Origin: Octopus bimaculoides
Taxonomy: Eukaryota
Direction of reading: 5' to 3'
Length of the DNA stretch: 64,000 bases
NCBI RefSeq assembly: GCF_001194135.2
Contig: NC_069000.1
Coordinates: 8,490,688 to 8,554,687 of the forward strand
The position numbers and the translations under genes are program-made. This document shows, in pieces, positions 50,738-63,060 of the stretch. The number at the start of each line of letters is the position of its first letter. The stretch's first letter is position 1. A model generated the notes under the pieces. That model saw only the letters and a program-made list of their open reading frames with translations, was not told where the DNA came from and did not search any database.

Positions 50738-52119
50738 GTGGGGAGAGATAAATTCTGTTTTGGGTAGTATTGTGTGATTGCGTGTAAATAGAATGTGTTA
50801 TATACTGATTACATATAATTAAGTGTATATATATATGTATATATATAATGCATTTATTTAATATGTACATAGCTAATACTACCTGTAACAATCTCTCTCT
50901 CTATCTCTCTCTCTCACACACACACACACACACTTCTGCTGTCTGTTCCTGTTTTTGACAGAATACAAAACACCTTACAGCTTCATAGAAGAAAATACAA
51001 TGCAACACTGTGATGTCCATGCCTTCCTCTCAGGCACTAAGCCACGTAAATTAAAAAAATATAATTAAAAAAAGAGTTGCCGGTAGCTTATTTCACGCTC
51101 CACAGCACTCGCCAAGTGTTACATAACAAATATTTATTTCTCTTGAATGTGAAACCAGGTCAAATTTCGTAAAAGAGGGAGGACAAAAGAAGAGACGGGT
51201 GAGAGGAATGGGGAAAGAGGGTGGAGGGAGTGAGAGGGTGGAGGGAGTGAGAGGGAGAGATAAGGCGAGAGGAAAGGTGGGTGAAAGAGTGAGGGACAAG
51301 GCGGAAGGAAGGGCAGGAGAGATGAAAGGGAGAGGGCGAGATGAAGAGACAGCGGGAGAGAAAGAGACAGAAAAGGTAAAGAAGGGGAGGGAAATAAGAA
51401 AAAACGGTTTAACATCCACACTAACTTTGCTCTGATGAAGAAGCTTAAAAGCAAGAGGGGATGGACACTTAGTTCGTTGTTCCTATCTCTGCTAAGACAA
51501 AACCTCGTCACTCGTCTTGTGACTTGTAAAGCCTTAAGTATACGTGCCAACGAAGGGGGCTCTATGTGGCCGCTCAATCTGCTAGAAAAAGCAGCCTATC
51601 ATCTTGAAGATTAAGAAACTCATGTTAGATAAGGTTGTCCTAGATTGAGACGTGGTGCTCATATTCGGAATAGTTTTGAGCATCGGTCTGTTCCATAAGA
51701 ATTTGACAACAGAAACAACCTTAACCTCAGTACACACACACAAGCGCGCGCATATAAAATATAACATACAAATCTGCATACATACATACATACAAAAATA
51801 CCCTGTTCCTGTTGAAATTCCAGTGAAGGAGCCTTGGATCTAGATTAGAAACCGGCTCTTTCTGTATTGGTAAGAAATCATGAAATAAAACTGAACACAC
51901 ACACACACAGATCTCTTCTAAACCTTGATAACTTGTTTGAATATGTTTCGCTGAACTAATAAAGCTAAAATATGTCCGTTACTTTTTACTAGTTGCCTTT
52001 AAAGTCAAGCTTTATTTCCACCACCATCTCCAACCATCGGTTGTCAGCTATTACTGGAGTTATCTACCCTGCTTTATAGATGCTAAGCATCCCTTTTATT
52101 ATCTTTAATATCTTTATTT

Positions 52120-52660
52120 TCTGTCAGGTCGCTAACGAGTGCTAATGGCAACGCACTGCATAGTCGGGTCGTTGGTGGCTAAACCAGCACCCTACTCCTT
52201 ACTATGCTAGCCTAGTGATGAGGGGTGTCACAGACACAGCCAGGTCAAAACAATACCTGTCAGAAGTATGGATAAAGCCAACACAGAGTCAACGCGTTCC
52301 TTGCAATAAGCGCAGTGATTTAAAAATTCCAGATTAGTGTCCAGCCTGCCAACCCAGTATGAGGTACAGTATGGAGCTTTCGTTAAAGCACGTTTCTCGG
52401 AAAAGGTAATATTGCATCAATAGAATAATACACCGCCGGTGTGACTTAGCAGGCAACTCAGCGATCGGCAATCTTGGAAGGCAGCTAAACTGAGAGCAGG
52501 GCAATTCCGAGCAAAAAGTCTCACTGCCTATGAGTGATTAGGAGGAGGTGAAAGTTAAGGGAGTTAACTCTAGAAGTAAATCGATTCGGATGCAAACTCG
52601 GGGTCCACTAGCGCTAGACATCCTTATTCTGCCTGGAGAGGTAGCGAGTGACTTAATAGT
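52120..52660 (+). mobile_element. GC-rich non-coding repeat, probable RTE-type LINE 5' UTR relic
   Basis: Shares ggtgg(g)ctaaacca(a)gcacc with 45017-45036; GC-rich, with no ORF. Family assignment is inference. Confidence 0.35.
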
Positions 52661-53639
52661 GCATTAGGGGTGGAGTGTTAAATATTGTGGAATAAACCAA
52701 AGAACATATTTAGCAATGTATGCAAGAAGAAAACAAAAAACACAAGACAATACTGAAATCTTAAAATGAATTAAATATGGAATGCAGTAGAGTGGGAACG
52801 ATCTGTAGCAATATAATGACAAATTGGGACATACATAACGGGATTCATTCAGTTTTCGTTTACCAAATCCAGCCACAAGGTTTTGGTCAGCACGAAGCTA
52901 TAGCAGAAGACACTCACCCATGTTGCCACACTGTAGAACTGAACCCGGAACCATGTAGTTGAGAAGCAAGCTTCTTATCACACAGCTACTCCTGCACACA
53001 CACACACACACACATGTATATTTAAAATTTGGGTTTAAAAAAACCTTTAGTATGCTACGCAAAGCTCATCCACAATTATTGGCTGCCTGGTGTGCTAAAA
53101 GGTACTTCATTTTTACCAATCTGCTACTAGTGTTTAAATGTGTCAAAACAATTATGACTTTAAATTAAGAATGTCGTTCAATCCCTCCTCTTTCATGTAT
53201 CTATCTACATATATAGCATTCTTCCGGTTTAAGATGATAAAGTGAAAGTGGAAATATCGACACTATTATCCAGGTCAACATGTGGGACAGGCACCCCACC
53301 TTTTCTCATCCTTCCATCCCAGTCCTTAAAGTTTCTTCCGATTCCCAAGTTTGACTATTTCCCCTCACTCATCCCCCAAATAAGAAGTTTCCAAATTTTC
53401 AAACCAACATCATCCCCATCCGAATATTTTTCAGTCTTAACTTTTTGCAAGATTTTGGGCGGAATTCCATGTTTAAAAATATGGTGATTTCGATTCTTTA
53501 AAAAGTACCTTTAATTTTTATTTTTTCTATTGTTCATAATATTAGCCTAGTGCTAACAATGATTTTCCACTTTCACTTCATGATCATAAAATCCAATACG
53601 TTGTTAATATCGCTATGCCTAAGTCATATATATATATAT

Positions 53640-53914
53640 TATTGTGTCTGGAGAGAGTCATTCTGTTTTAATACCTTATCAATTAACACACTCACCGGTT
53701 TGATTTCCACTCGTTTACTTATTCATTTTCTCCAAAATTTTCGTTGCTTCTTGCAACCTCTTCAATAGTCGTTAGCTCTGATAATGGACAAGTCAACGAC
53801 AATTGAAGAGGTTGCAAGGAGCAACGAAAATTTTAGAAAAAGATGAGTGGAAATTGAACCGGTGAATGTATTAATATGGTATTAAAAACAGAATGACTCA
53901 CCTCAGACACAATA
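53640..53914. mobile_element. Palindromic (hairpin) MITE-like element
   Basis: tattgtgtctg..gagtcattctgtttt / aaaacagaatgactc..cagacacaata, plus an inner arm aaaattttcgttgct..ttgcaacctcttcaat / attgaagaggttgcaa..agcaacgaaaatttt. Confidence 0.8.
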
Positions 53915-53970
53915 AAATATGCTTCAGCGCACGAATTCACATAAAGAATCTTGCAAACCAAATACAAACA

Positions 53971-54023
<53 letters not shown>

Positions 54024-54447
54024 ACGAAGTTTTGTTTTAAGATCGCTGAGTGAAAGAAATATTAGGCATTACATATCATTAAAATTAAAGTGAACGTTGC
54101 CTATTTATCTATATAATGATAAAAAACCAAATGATTCATGATGAAATGAAGAGGAGGTACTATGATTTATCTCCACAGGTCAAGCTCGAATGTATGAATG
54201 TTTCTGTTACTAAAACACTGTTTCTAATTTAGGCCCAAGGTCAGTAATTTCGGTGGACGAGGTTCTGTTGATTAATTCGTCTTCAGTACTCGGCTACTAC
54301 TTTATGCTATCGACAGCAGAGGGAGGACAGGCGAGATTGCTCTCGGCGGGATTTGAATTCAGAAAGAGAGAAGACCGACGGCTCCTAACAGTTTTGCCTA
54401 TCCATCGCCCTGCTCAACTAAAATATGAAAGCAAAAATACTTAATTT

Positions 54448-54665
54448 GGGTACTACTAAAGCAGCACGGTCCCGAGCGCGCGGTCGTGCGTCCGCGCTAG
54501 CTAGTCGTGAGTGGTCGATCCTAGCCCTGACCCTGTCCCTAATCCTAAGCCTGCCCCTAACCCTAACCCGCGTATGCAAATGAATACGTGTTTAGGGTTG
54601 GGGTTGGGGTTGGGATCGACCACTCGCGACTGCGCGTTCGGGACCGTGCTGCTTTAGTAGTACCC
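54448..54665. mobile_element. 218-bp hairpin element with perfect 28-bp TIRs and internal telomere-like repeats
   Basis: gggtactactaaagcagcacggtcccga and its exact reverse complement at the two ends; inner gtcg-gagtggtcgatcc arm; ccctaa-like versus ttaggg-like tracts. Confidence 0.8.
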
Positions 54666-55818
54666 TTCACTTACATTTAGCAACCATAAAGAGAAGGATC
54701 ACCACACACACGTGTGTGTGTGCGTGTGCGTGTGTGTGCGTGCGCGCGCGCGCGAGTGTGCGCAGGTATTAACTCCGGGTTTGCTCATCGTTTCGCTTTT
54801 CGCATTTAAACATTCCACTTTTTATACTTTTGATCCACCTTATTTTAAAGAGTAAATGTTTAAAAGTTATTTCGTTAATTGATTTGTTTCCATTGTTATG
54901 TAGAAATATTTTCCTAAAAATAAAGGTGGCTGGGGTGACATTTTAAGTATGCAAAAATGTCAAACAAAAAAAAAAGAACAAATGTGAAAAAAAAAAGTAA
55001 AAAGTAAAAAGCGGAAGTGCTAAAAAGCGAAATTGTTCAATGTCAAAAGAGAAAAAGAAAATAAAAAAAACGAATCCGGATTAGAACCGAAACGTCGCCA
55101 ACAACCGCTACTATAAGCCAAGACTAAAATTAATACAGCAACAGTTGTGGTGGCAGAGGTGGTTATGGTAACATTAGTTATAGCACTGAATACAGGCGAT
55201 GCCTTTGACTATGGACACGATTTGAACACGAAACAACTAAATACTGTTATGAGAAAAGGCATTGGCAGTAACAGCAGTAGCCATATGTGGTTGTTGAGGT
55301 TTAACCAGAAGTCTGTATTGATAAAGACCACATACGAAGCTGACAGTATTCCAGCCGTGACCATTTCATCTCACTCTCTTTTTATTTCTTTCTTTATTTT
55401 TTCGAACACAGTTTATTTAGTATAGCATTGACTAAGTGTTGGTTTTCGTTGAAGACTGCAAGATGCGGTGGTTTGAGGGACATTTGACTGCTATTTCTAG
55501 CAAGCAGGCTAGCCACCCACCCCCCATACAAAGAGGCGTATCTCGTTGGATTGGTGGCGCTGTGGCAGTTGGCAGTTGCGTTAGTTAAACGGAGACTCAG
55601 CAGCAGTAGCAGTGGTGACGGCAGGTTAGACTGCATATAAACAGCTGTGACTTGTTTACTATAAACACAAAGGAAGTTTGGAGTCGAAACCAACGCACAC
55701 GCAAACAAACAAACAAACAAACAAACAAAGCGCGCGCGAGCGTGGATATGCAGACTGAGACACCCAAAGAAGTGACAGGAAAAGAGAGAGAACATAAAGA
55801 AATGGCTATGCACACCTA

Positions 55819-56036
55819 GGCGAGCTGGCAGAAACGTTAGCACACCGGGCGAAATGCTTAGCGGTGTTTCGTCTGCCGCTACGTTCTGAGTTCAAATTCC
55901 GCCGAGGTCGACTTTGCCTTTCATCCTTTCGGGGTCGATTAAATAAGTACCAGTTACACACTGAGGTCGATATAATCGACTTAATCCGTTTGTCTGTCCC
56001 CTCTGTGTGTAGCCCCTTGTGGGTAGTAAAGAAATA
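55819..56036 (+). mobile_element. tRNA-headed SINE family A, full-length young copy
   Basis: A-box/B-box-like head (ggcgagctggcagaa...gagttcaaattcc) and central ttcatcctttcggggtcgat block. Other copies at about 395-490(-), 13085-13280(-), 13370-13510(-), 16860-16980(-), 22480-22775(-), 41990-42175(-), 43730-43945(+), 43965-44125(+), 45240-45443(-), 54235-54420(-) and 61230-61380(+). Confidence 0.85.
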
Positions 56037-56170
56037 ACACCTACTGTGAATAGTGTGTGCACGTGTGTGTGTGTGTGTAATGATAATAATAATAATAATA
56101 TATNNNNNNNNNNNNNNNNNNNNNNNNNNNNNNNNNNNNNNNNNNNNNNNNNNNNNNNNNNNNNNNNNNN

Positions 56171-56201
<31 letters not shown>

Positions 56202-58094
56202 GCGCAGATGTGGCTGCATGGTAAGAAGCTTGTTTCTCAACCACATGGTTCGGGTTCAGTCCCACTGCGTGGTACCTTGGGCAAGTGCCTTCTGCTATAG
56301 TCTCGGGGGCTGGCTAAAGCAGCCCGTCGTGTAGCTTAGTTTTTTTTTTCTTCTTAGGACTGGCCAGATTGGAGCAATCTCGAGTATAATCAGCCGAAAT
56401 TGCGAAGATAATCTGGAACTCGACTGAGGAAAGAAAACTCCGAATGACCCGTCCTTGTTTTCTTTGTATCGTGTATCTGGATGTTTTGTTGTCCCATTTT
56501 TGTATCACCTAACTGTCCGGATGTTTTGCGTTCTTGTCCCATTTTGTTTATATATATATATGCAAGATGAACATACAAGAAATTTCCTATTTGAATTTTT
56601 TCAGACAGATAATCAAATAATACAAATTTTACATTTGGATGATTGGGAGAAAGAATAAAGAAGCAAACCAAGTAGCTAATTAGATTTTACTCTATCTATA
56701 ATACATGTATATGCTACCCTACTGAATAAAGTCGGAAATTATCTAGAGCACCCGAAATCATAACTTCTTTGGATGTATGGTCTAAGCGTAGATTGCAAAT
56801 GTGGTAAGAAAAAAAAAAATACCGCAAGAGGCGGGTGAAGCGTAAGTTTTTAGTTTTAAATTTTTATATCGAAAATTGTTTCAGATTTATGTTACGCACG
56901 TCTTTGAAGAATCATGAATCTCAGACGAGAAAAAATTTTAAAAGAAAGTCGAGACTGAGAGAAATTCTTCATTTTATTTTATCGTATTTATTTAGTTTTA
57001 CAGGATCGTAATTTGAGACGATTTAAAACCCACAACCAAAGAAAGTACAGTTTGGGGCGAATTAAATCATTTCCGACTCTATTCTACAGGAATGCATATA
57101 TCTCGAAGTTGACAGTCTGTTCCGAGTTGTGTGGGGGTGAGGGTACGCGCGAGTAGGTGCGTGCGTGTGTTATTTAATAACAGTTTGACTCAGCCCACAA
57201 AATTTTAAGTTGCATGAAACCGAATCAAACTTATTAAATATGGAACTTCTACCACACGTGTTGAGTACCATTTTCTTTCGTTTGTCCACTCTCATATGTG
57301 CGTATGTATCCATACATTGATGCATTCAACTACATTAATTTAAAAACACTACACATGCATATATATATATATATACATGTATATATATTATATTTTACGC
57401 CTATTAATCGAAATGAAATTTAGCATATATATATATATATTATACATACGACAGCATCCATCATCAACAGTAGACAGAATTTTCCCTCGTTTTACAAATA
57501 ACAACAGCACCTCCATGTCGTCTGAAGACTTCATTACGCTTTCTTAGGAAACAAAAGGTTCCGCGCTTGAATCTCGTCGGGGGAGACTAAATATGTACAC
57601 GATCCTGGAATAAAACCACCAGATGACGATAGAAAAGTAGAAGAAATATAAAGAGTGAAAGATGTTAATGATACAAAAATTGAGGGAGTCTTTCGTTAAT
57701 AAGTTGCCTTGATTGATTTTGCAACCGAAATGGTGTTTCATACAAAGATCCCGACATACTGTGATGTGTGAATAGATATATACTCATGAACTTATAAATG
57801 GACGGCCATCAATGTATACACTCAAGAGCTAACCGGCCAAAGCAGGTTCCAAGCCATAACAACCGGTATAGGCTACAACCAATAGTAACGCTATCAACAC
57901 CACCACCACCATTATCACCATCCTCCTTATCATCATCCTAATTAATCATTAGCACTAAATCATTAGCACTAAATCATTATATCCGATTTCATACATACAT
58001 ACACCCAGCCCAGCACATTACAATGATCATCACCTCATTCACGATAGCATATTTATATATGTGTATGTATACGTGTGAATGTATGTATGTATGT

Positions 58095-58175
<81 letters not shown>

Positions 58176-58189
58176 CTCATATATGCACA

Positions 58190-58700
58190 CACACGTTTTT
58201 TTAAATTCTTTTACTTGTTTCAATCATTTGACCGAGGCCATGCTGAAGCACCACTTTGAAGGGTTTTTAGTAGAAGAAATCGATCCTAGGACTTCTCATT
58301 TTCTAAGCCTAGTACTTATTCTATCTTTTACTTGTTTCAGTCATTTACCTATGGCCATGCTGGAACAACCGCCTTTAGTCGAACAAGTCGACCACCGGAC
58401 TTATTCTTTGTAAGCCTTGTGCTTGTTCTATCAGTCTCTTTTGCCGAACCGCTAAGTTACGGGGACATAAACACACCGACATCGGTTGTCAAGCGGCAGT
58501 GGGAGGGGGGCAAACACAGACACACAAACATATAGATATATATATATATAAGACGGGCTTCTTTCAGTTTCCGTCTACCAAATCCACTCACAAGACTGGT
58601 CGGCCCGAAGCTATAAGGTGTCACGCAGTAGGACTGAACCCGGAACCAGGTGGTTGGGAAGCAAGCTACTCACCACACAGCCACAACTGCGCCTATATAN
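58190..58700 (-). mobile_element. SINE family B, near full-length copy
   Basis: Reverse complement of the head, gacgggcttctttcagtttccgtctaccaaatccactcacaag block and 3' module. Confidence 0.8.
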
Positions 58701-58736
58701 NNNNNNNNNNNNNNNNNNNNNNNNNNNNNNNNNNNN

Positions 58737-58785
<49 letters not shown>

Positions 58786-59949
58786 CATATATATAAACAG
58801 AAGTACAGAGATGCAGGCATGCCTGGGGGTAATCTCTACGCTGAGGCTCGACCTACAAGTAATAGTAACTAAAACTTCTTTGAATCACTCACTCCTCACC
58901 TTAGCAGACGACAAATTGAGCAATGTAACCCTAAATTCCCCACACAGAGGAAAAGGGGCAGTAGGATGACGGCTGGAACGCGTTTTATCAGTTTTAGTCG
59001 ATTCGGGCAACAGTAAACAACAAGAGAATATACACACGCCAGAAAAAAGAAAAAGGATGGAGGGAGAACCGGAGAGACAGACAGGGCAACCACCCAAACA
59101 CAGCCACAGCAATCATCTCGCATTCACACACAGCAACGGTCACAATTATACAAGGACGCATGCGCACATATACATACACACTCACAGCAAGAAGTACATC
59201 CAGATCAACAACTACAGACAGACACACACACAGAGAAAGAAACAAAGCAATAAACACATACACCTTAACAACAACACAGGGAGAGAAAGCGAGAGAGAGG
59301 GAGAGAGAAGTTACCAACAATTACATACGTTCATACACAGTAACAAATGCATATAGATCAATTGTACACGCATATACATTCACTACACACAACTATGACA
59401 TCACTGCTATTCTAAGCGTTAATATATTTTAACTATTTCGCTCTACTTACAACTATCTCTCTCTCTCTCTCTCTCTCTCTCCTTAGACCACATCTGTCAT
59501 AACAAAGGACGTATTATTCAAATGCGTTGCGAAGTACATATTCTTGAAATAAAACGTCACAGTCAGATCGCCCTTTAACGTAAACGCACCCGATCAGCAC
59601 CGACCTGGGATTTGAACAGCAGAAGCTAAAACTAAAAAGCTATAACAATGGATTTTTGTGAATATTATGTGTATACATCTATATTCTTGGATATGACTAA
59701 ACTATATTTGGCAGTGGGTATCTGGTTCGGGATTTCCAAGGTTTCAAGGGGGTGTGGAAGCACCTCTTACATACTATTGTTCCCAGGTCTATTCTGACCT
59801 TTCAGGGTCCCCGATTAGGGCTAATTAGCATATCATGAAATTTCCAAGGGAAGGTCACTCACAATCACCCCATCAGATTTCGAGCAGATGAGGGGGGGGG
59901 GGGCTCAGCTCTTTGGTTATTTATCTAAGAGAAGGTAAACTAATGCACA

Positions 59950-62690
59950 ATCCTTCATCCTGGTAACAAATGGCCTCGTGGCACTTGTTGAACCAGACCA
60001 ATACAAGCTTGAAGGACGAGAGAGTGGAGCTGGTTCTGCACAAACCCTGCCCACTACGATAATACTCGCTGTGCAGGTTGTTCACCACTCCAAGACATTA
60101 GCACCGACATCAATACATTTTCTTCATATGTCCAGTGGCGATAGGGAAAGAGACGACAGTGACACGATGCATAGAGCGCTACTTGAAGGTTTCAGCTTTG
60201 ACCCAGCACATAAGCGACCAGTAAGTAGGTGGATAAGAATGTAAGGACCATACTAGAAAGAGATATGGACGAAATTTTGAAATCGTGGAAAATACTGAGA
60301 GCTAGGTCAGTATTTAATGCAAGATAGTCCTCGCATCGCACAACTGTACATGACAGGGCTAAAGAGTTGTTTGAGAAACCAAAGACACATTAAGACTGAT
60401 TTTGTTGCGAGGATATAACTCTTGTTTTCCTGTTAGAGCAATGATACCAAGGTCAGTCAAACTATCTCCTGGCTCCCAACATTTAATCAAGTTCTGTTAT
60501 ATTCAGAGAAACCAAGAGGAAGAAAGGTGGGTGGTGGGGCAACAGTATATCTGCAACAAAATGAAGCTGAAGTAGTAGAAAAAAAACAAAGAAACAAAGC
60601 GATCGAGTTGCAAACCTTCGCCGATTTCAATTGGTTGTAACCAGGACAACCTCAAGGAGAAAGGCGCAAAGAGTGAACAGGATTGTGCCAGAAATGTGGT
60701 TAACAAAAGAAAAAAAAGGAAGGACACAGGCTCATTAAAACATTTATGTAAAGCGATGCAGGAACCATAGGAGGCTGGTGATATCCCTCAAGACAAAAAA
60801 GATGCTGGGATTGTCTCTATACTATATAGGTTTAAAAGCTCGCTTTGCAATCACGAGGCTTTGAGTTCTGTCCCACTTCGTGACACCTTGGGCAAGTGTC
60901 TTCTACTATAGCCCCGAGCCGATCAATGCCTTGAGAGTGAATTTGGTACGGAAACTGTGTGGAAGCCTGTCATAGATGTATATGCGTGTGTGTCTTTCTG
61001 TTTGCGTTTATCCCACACGCCTCGCGTTTGACAACCGTTGTTGGTTAGCTTACGCCCCTGAAACTTAGTGGCTCGGCAAAAGTGATCGAAAATTACTAGA
61101 TTTAAAAGAGCTGGGGCAGATTTGTTCGACTAAAAGCCTTCAAGGTGGTGCTCCAGCATGGTCGCAGTTTGGTGACTGAAACAAGTGAAAGATAAAGAGT
61201 AACCAAGAAAGAGTGATAGAAATGAATGCGGGCGGTCGACTTTGCCTTTCATCCTTTCGGGGTCGATTAATTAAGTACCAGTTACGCACTGGGGTCGATG
61301 TAATCGACTTAATCCCTTTGTCTGTCATTGTTTGTCACCTTTATGCTTAGCCCCTTGTGGGCAATAAAGAAATAAGAAATGAATGCGAGAACTGTGGAGG
61401 GATTTATGTACTTGATAAGGTCGAGAAGGCGTTTGCAAATCTGTTACGCAACAAACTGAATGAAAAAGAACCTCAGTAGTTCTACTCGAAATTCAATGTC
61501 AGTTCAAAAGAGAAAGAAGCAACATAGCTGTGCTGTTCTGCCTTCAACAAATCCAAGAAAACGTGTAGAATAGAACAAAGTATTGTATTCAGTCCTAGTT
61601 GAGACAAAAAAGGCGGTGGATGCAGTATGTTAGTTGAGACAGTGACAAAAGGTCTGGACATCTGAGAAAGATCACTCGTATGACAGCCATTACACATGTA
61701 CACTGCAGTTCAGGTCACGTGAATTAACTCAAGCTTTGTATAGTTTGATGTAGCATTGGGAGTCAAACAGTAATGTATGCTAGTACCAATGTTATTGCTA
61801 CCCCAACAGTGTTGCTCTACGAGGCATTCCACAGCGCATCTGAAAGTGTATGCACAGAGACAAGAAACGAGGCGAATCTAGGGAGTTGCACTTCAGAATT
61901 ATGACACAAGAACATAAAAATATTATTTGCTGATGATTACATTCCTGTCTTGCATAGTGTGGAGGATATGCAGAACTTAGTGGATGCTTTTTACAGTACA
62001 AAGTTTGGCTTTTAGCATCCACATTCTGAGGTTTTGTAACAGTCAAGTACCGATTCGATCCGAGTGTTACCAACTCGGTCCATCATTTTCGAAGGACAGG
62101 CGCTGGTAGAGGTAATCCACTTTACCTATCTAGACAGTAAAATTTCTAATAAGGGGTACACCAAACACTGCTTGGAGCACTTATCTACTTAGGCAATACA
62201 ATTTACAATGATCTGGTTATAGTAAAGCCAGCTCGGATTTATAATGCTCTGATTATAGTAAAGCCAGCTCGGATTTCAAAAGGTTCAGAAAGAGTGACTA
62301 TTAAACAAGCACGTGTAGAGTCCAAGCGAACTGCAATGTACTATTCAGCACATTATAAGAATAGGATACGTGGATTATATATCGCCAACTGGTAACAACA
62401 GCTACAATAAAAAAAAATTACGGCTTTCAATAAGATACCTGAGACAGATCAAGAACATTACATGAAAAGACAAAATGAGCAATATGTACACGTGAAAGAA
62501 AACCAAGCTCCTTGGTATGGAAGAGATTATTGGTGCAACGACACGTCCGCTAACTTGGAGACGTCCAAAAACTGCCAAAACCTCGACTATCTTGACAAGC
62601 ACTATTCTTAGTTGTCGAGTGGTCCGAGAACGCAATGCAGAAGGCACCTAGCTCCCTACGCATCGGCCGAGATTCAAGCGTCCACTATCG
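59950..62690 (+). mobile_element. Long, heavily decayed RTE-clade LINE (endonuclease start to RT C-terminus) interrupted by SINEs at about 60.8-61.4 kb
   Basis: Frameshifted remnants in the expected order: NVRT-like start (~60238), Q(C/G)xFxxxRS and LQQIQE (~61490-61560), ILFADD...HSVEDMQNLVDAF (~61920), FTYL (~62120) and the C-terminal RW-LG region (~62550). Confidence 0.7.
60820..61380 (+). mobile_element. SINE family B plus 3' half of SINE family A, nested in the RTE LINE
   Basis: Both motif sets are present back to back between LINE fragments. Confidence 0.75.
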
Positions 62691-62696
62691 CATATT

Positions 62697-63060
62697 CTAT
62701 CACCTGTCAACAAGCGCAAATTCGATCTACTGTCCACAAGCGCAATGTATAGTGGTGTAAATTTGGTCAACTGTCCACTAACGCAAATTTGATCAACTGC
62801 CCACTAGCGCAAATTCAATTGATTGAACTTGCTCAAGTATATAATTAATTGAATTTGCACAAGTGGAGAGTAAGTCGAATTGGTTCAGAAATACACTTGA
62901 TCGGATTTGCTCAATTAGACATTTGATCGGATCTGCGCTGAAGGTGATCTGATTGAATAAGTTCTAATGGATAATTGATTGAATTTATTTACGTAGACAC
63001 GTGAACAAATTTATGCTAGTGGACAGTTGATCGAATTTGCGCTTGTGGACAGTTGAATCA
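62697..63060. mobile_element. Foldback-like element with ~26-bp subterminal repeats in inverted orientation
   Basis: Left (a)ctgtccacaagcgcaaattcgatc repeats; right gatcgaatttgcgcttgtggacag repeats. Confidence 0.65.

Noticed and set aside
53230-53500. Minus-strand frame of about 80 codons with one stop (HGIPPKILQKV...GGVPVPHVDLDNSV)
   Set aside because: No recognisable motif or splice signals; compatible with chance or an unidentifiable repeat relic.
42657-54665. Interstitial telomere or chromosome-fusion site
   Set aside because: Only two to four degenerate units per tract, embedded in small inverted-repeat elements.
55819-55905. tRNA-like heads of the SINEs
   Set aside because: A/B-box-like motifs only, with no cloverleaf; they continue into SINE bodies, so they are not tRNA genes.
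59790-59840. ccc-gatta-ggg-ctaa resembling HDV P4-J4/2 upstream of the RTE LINE
   Set aside because: No recognisable L3, P3 or P2 5' strand.
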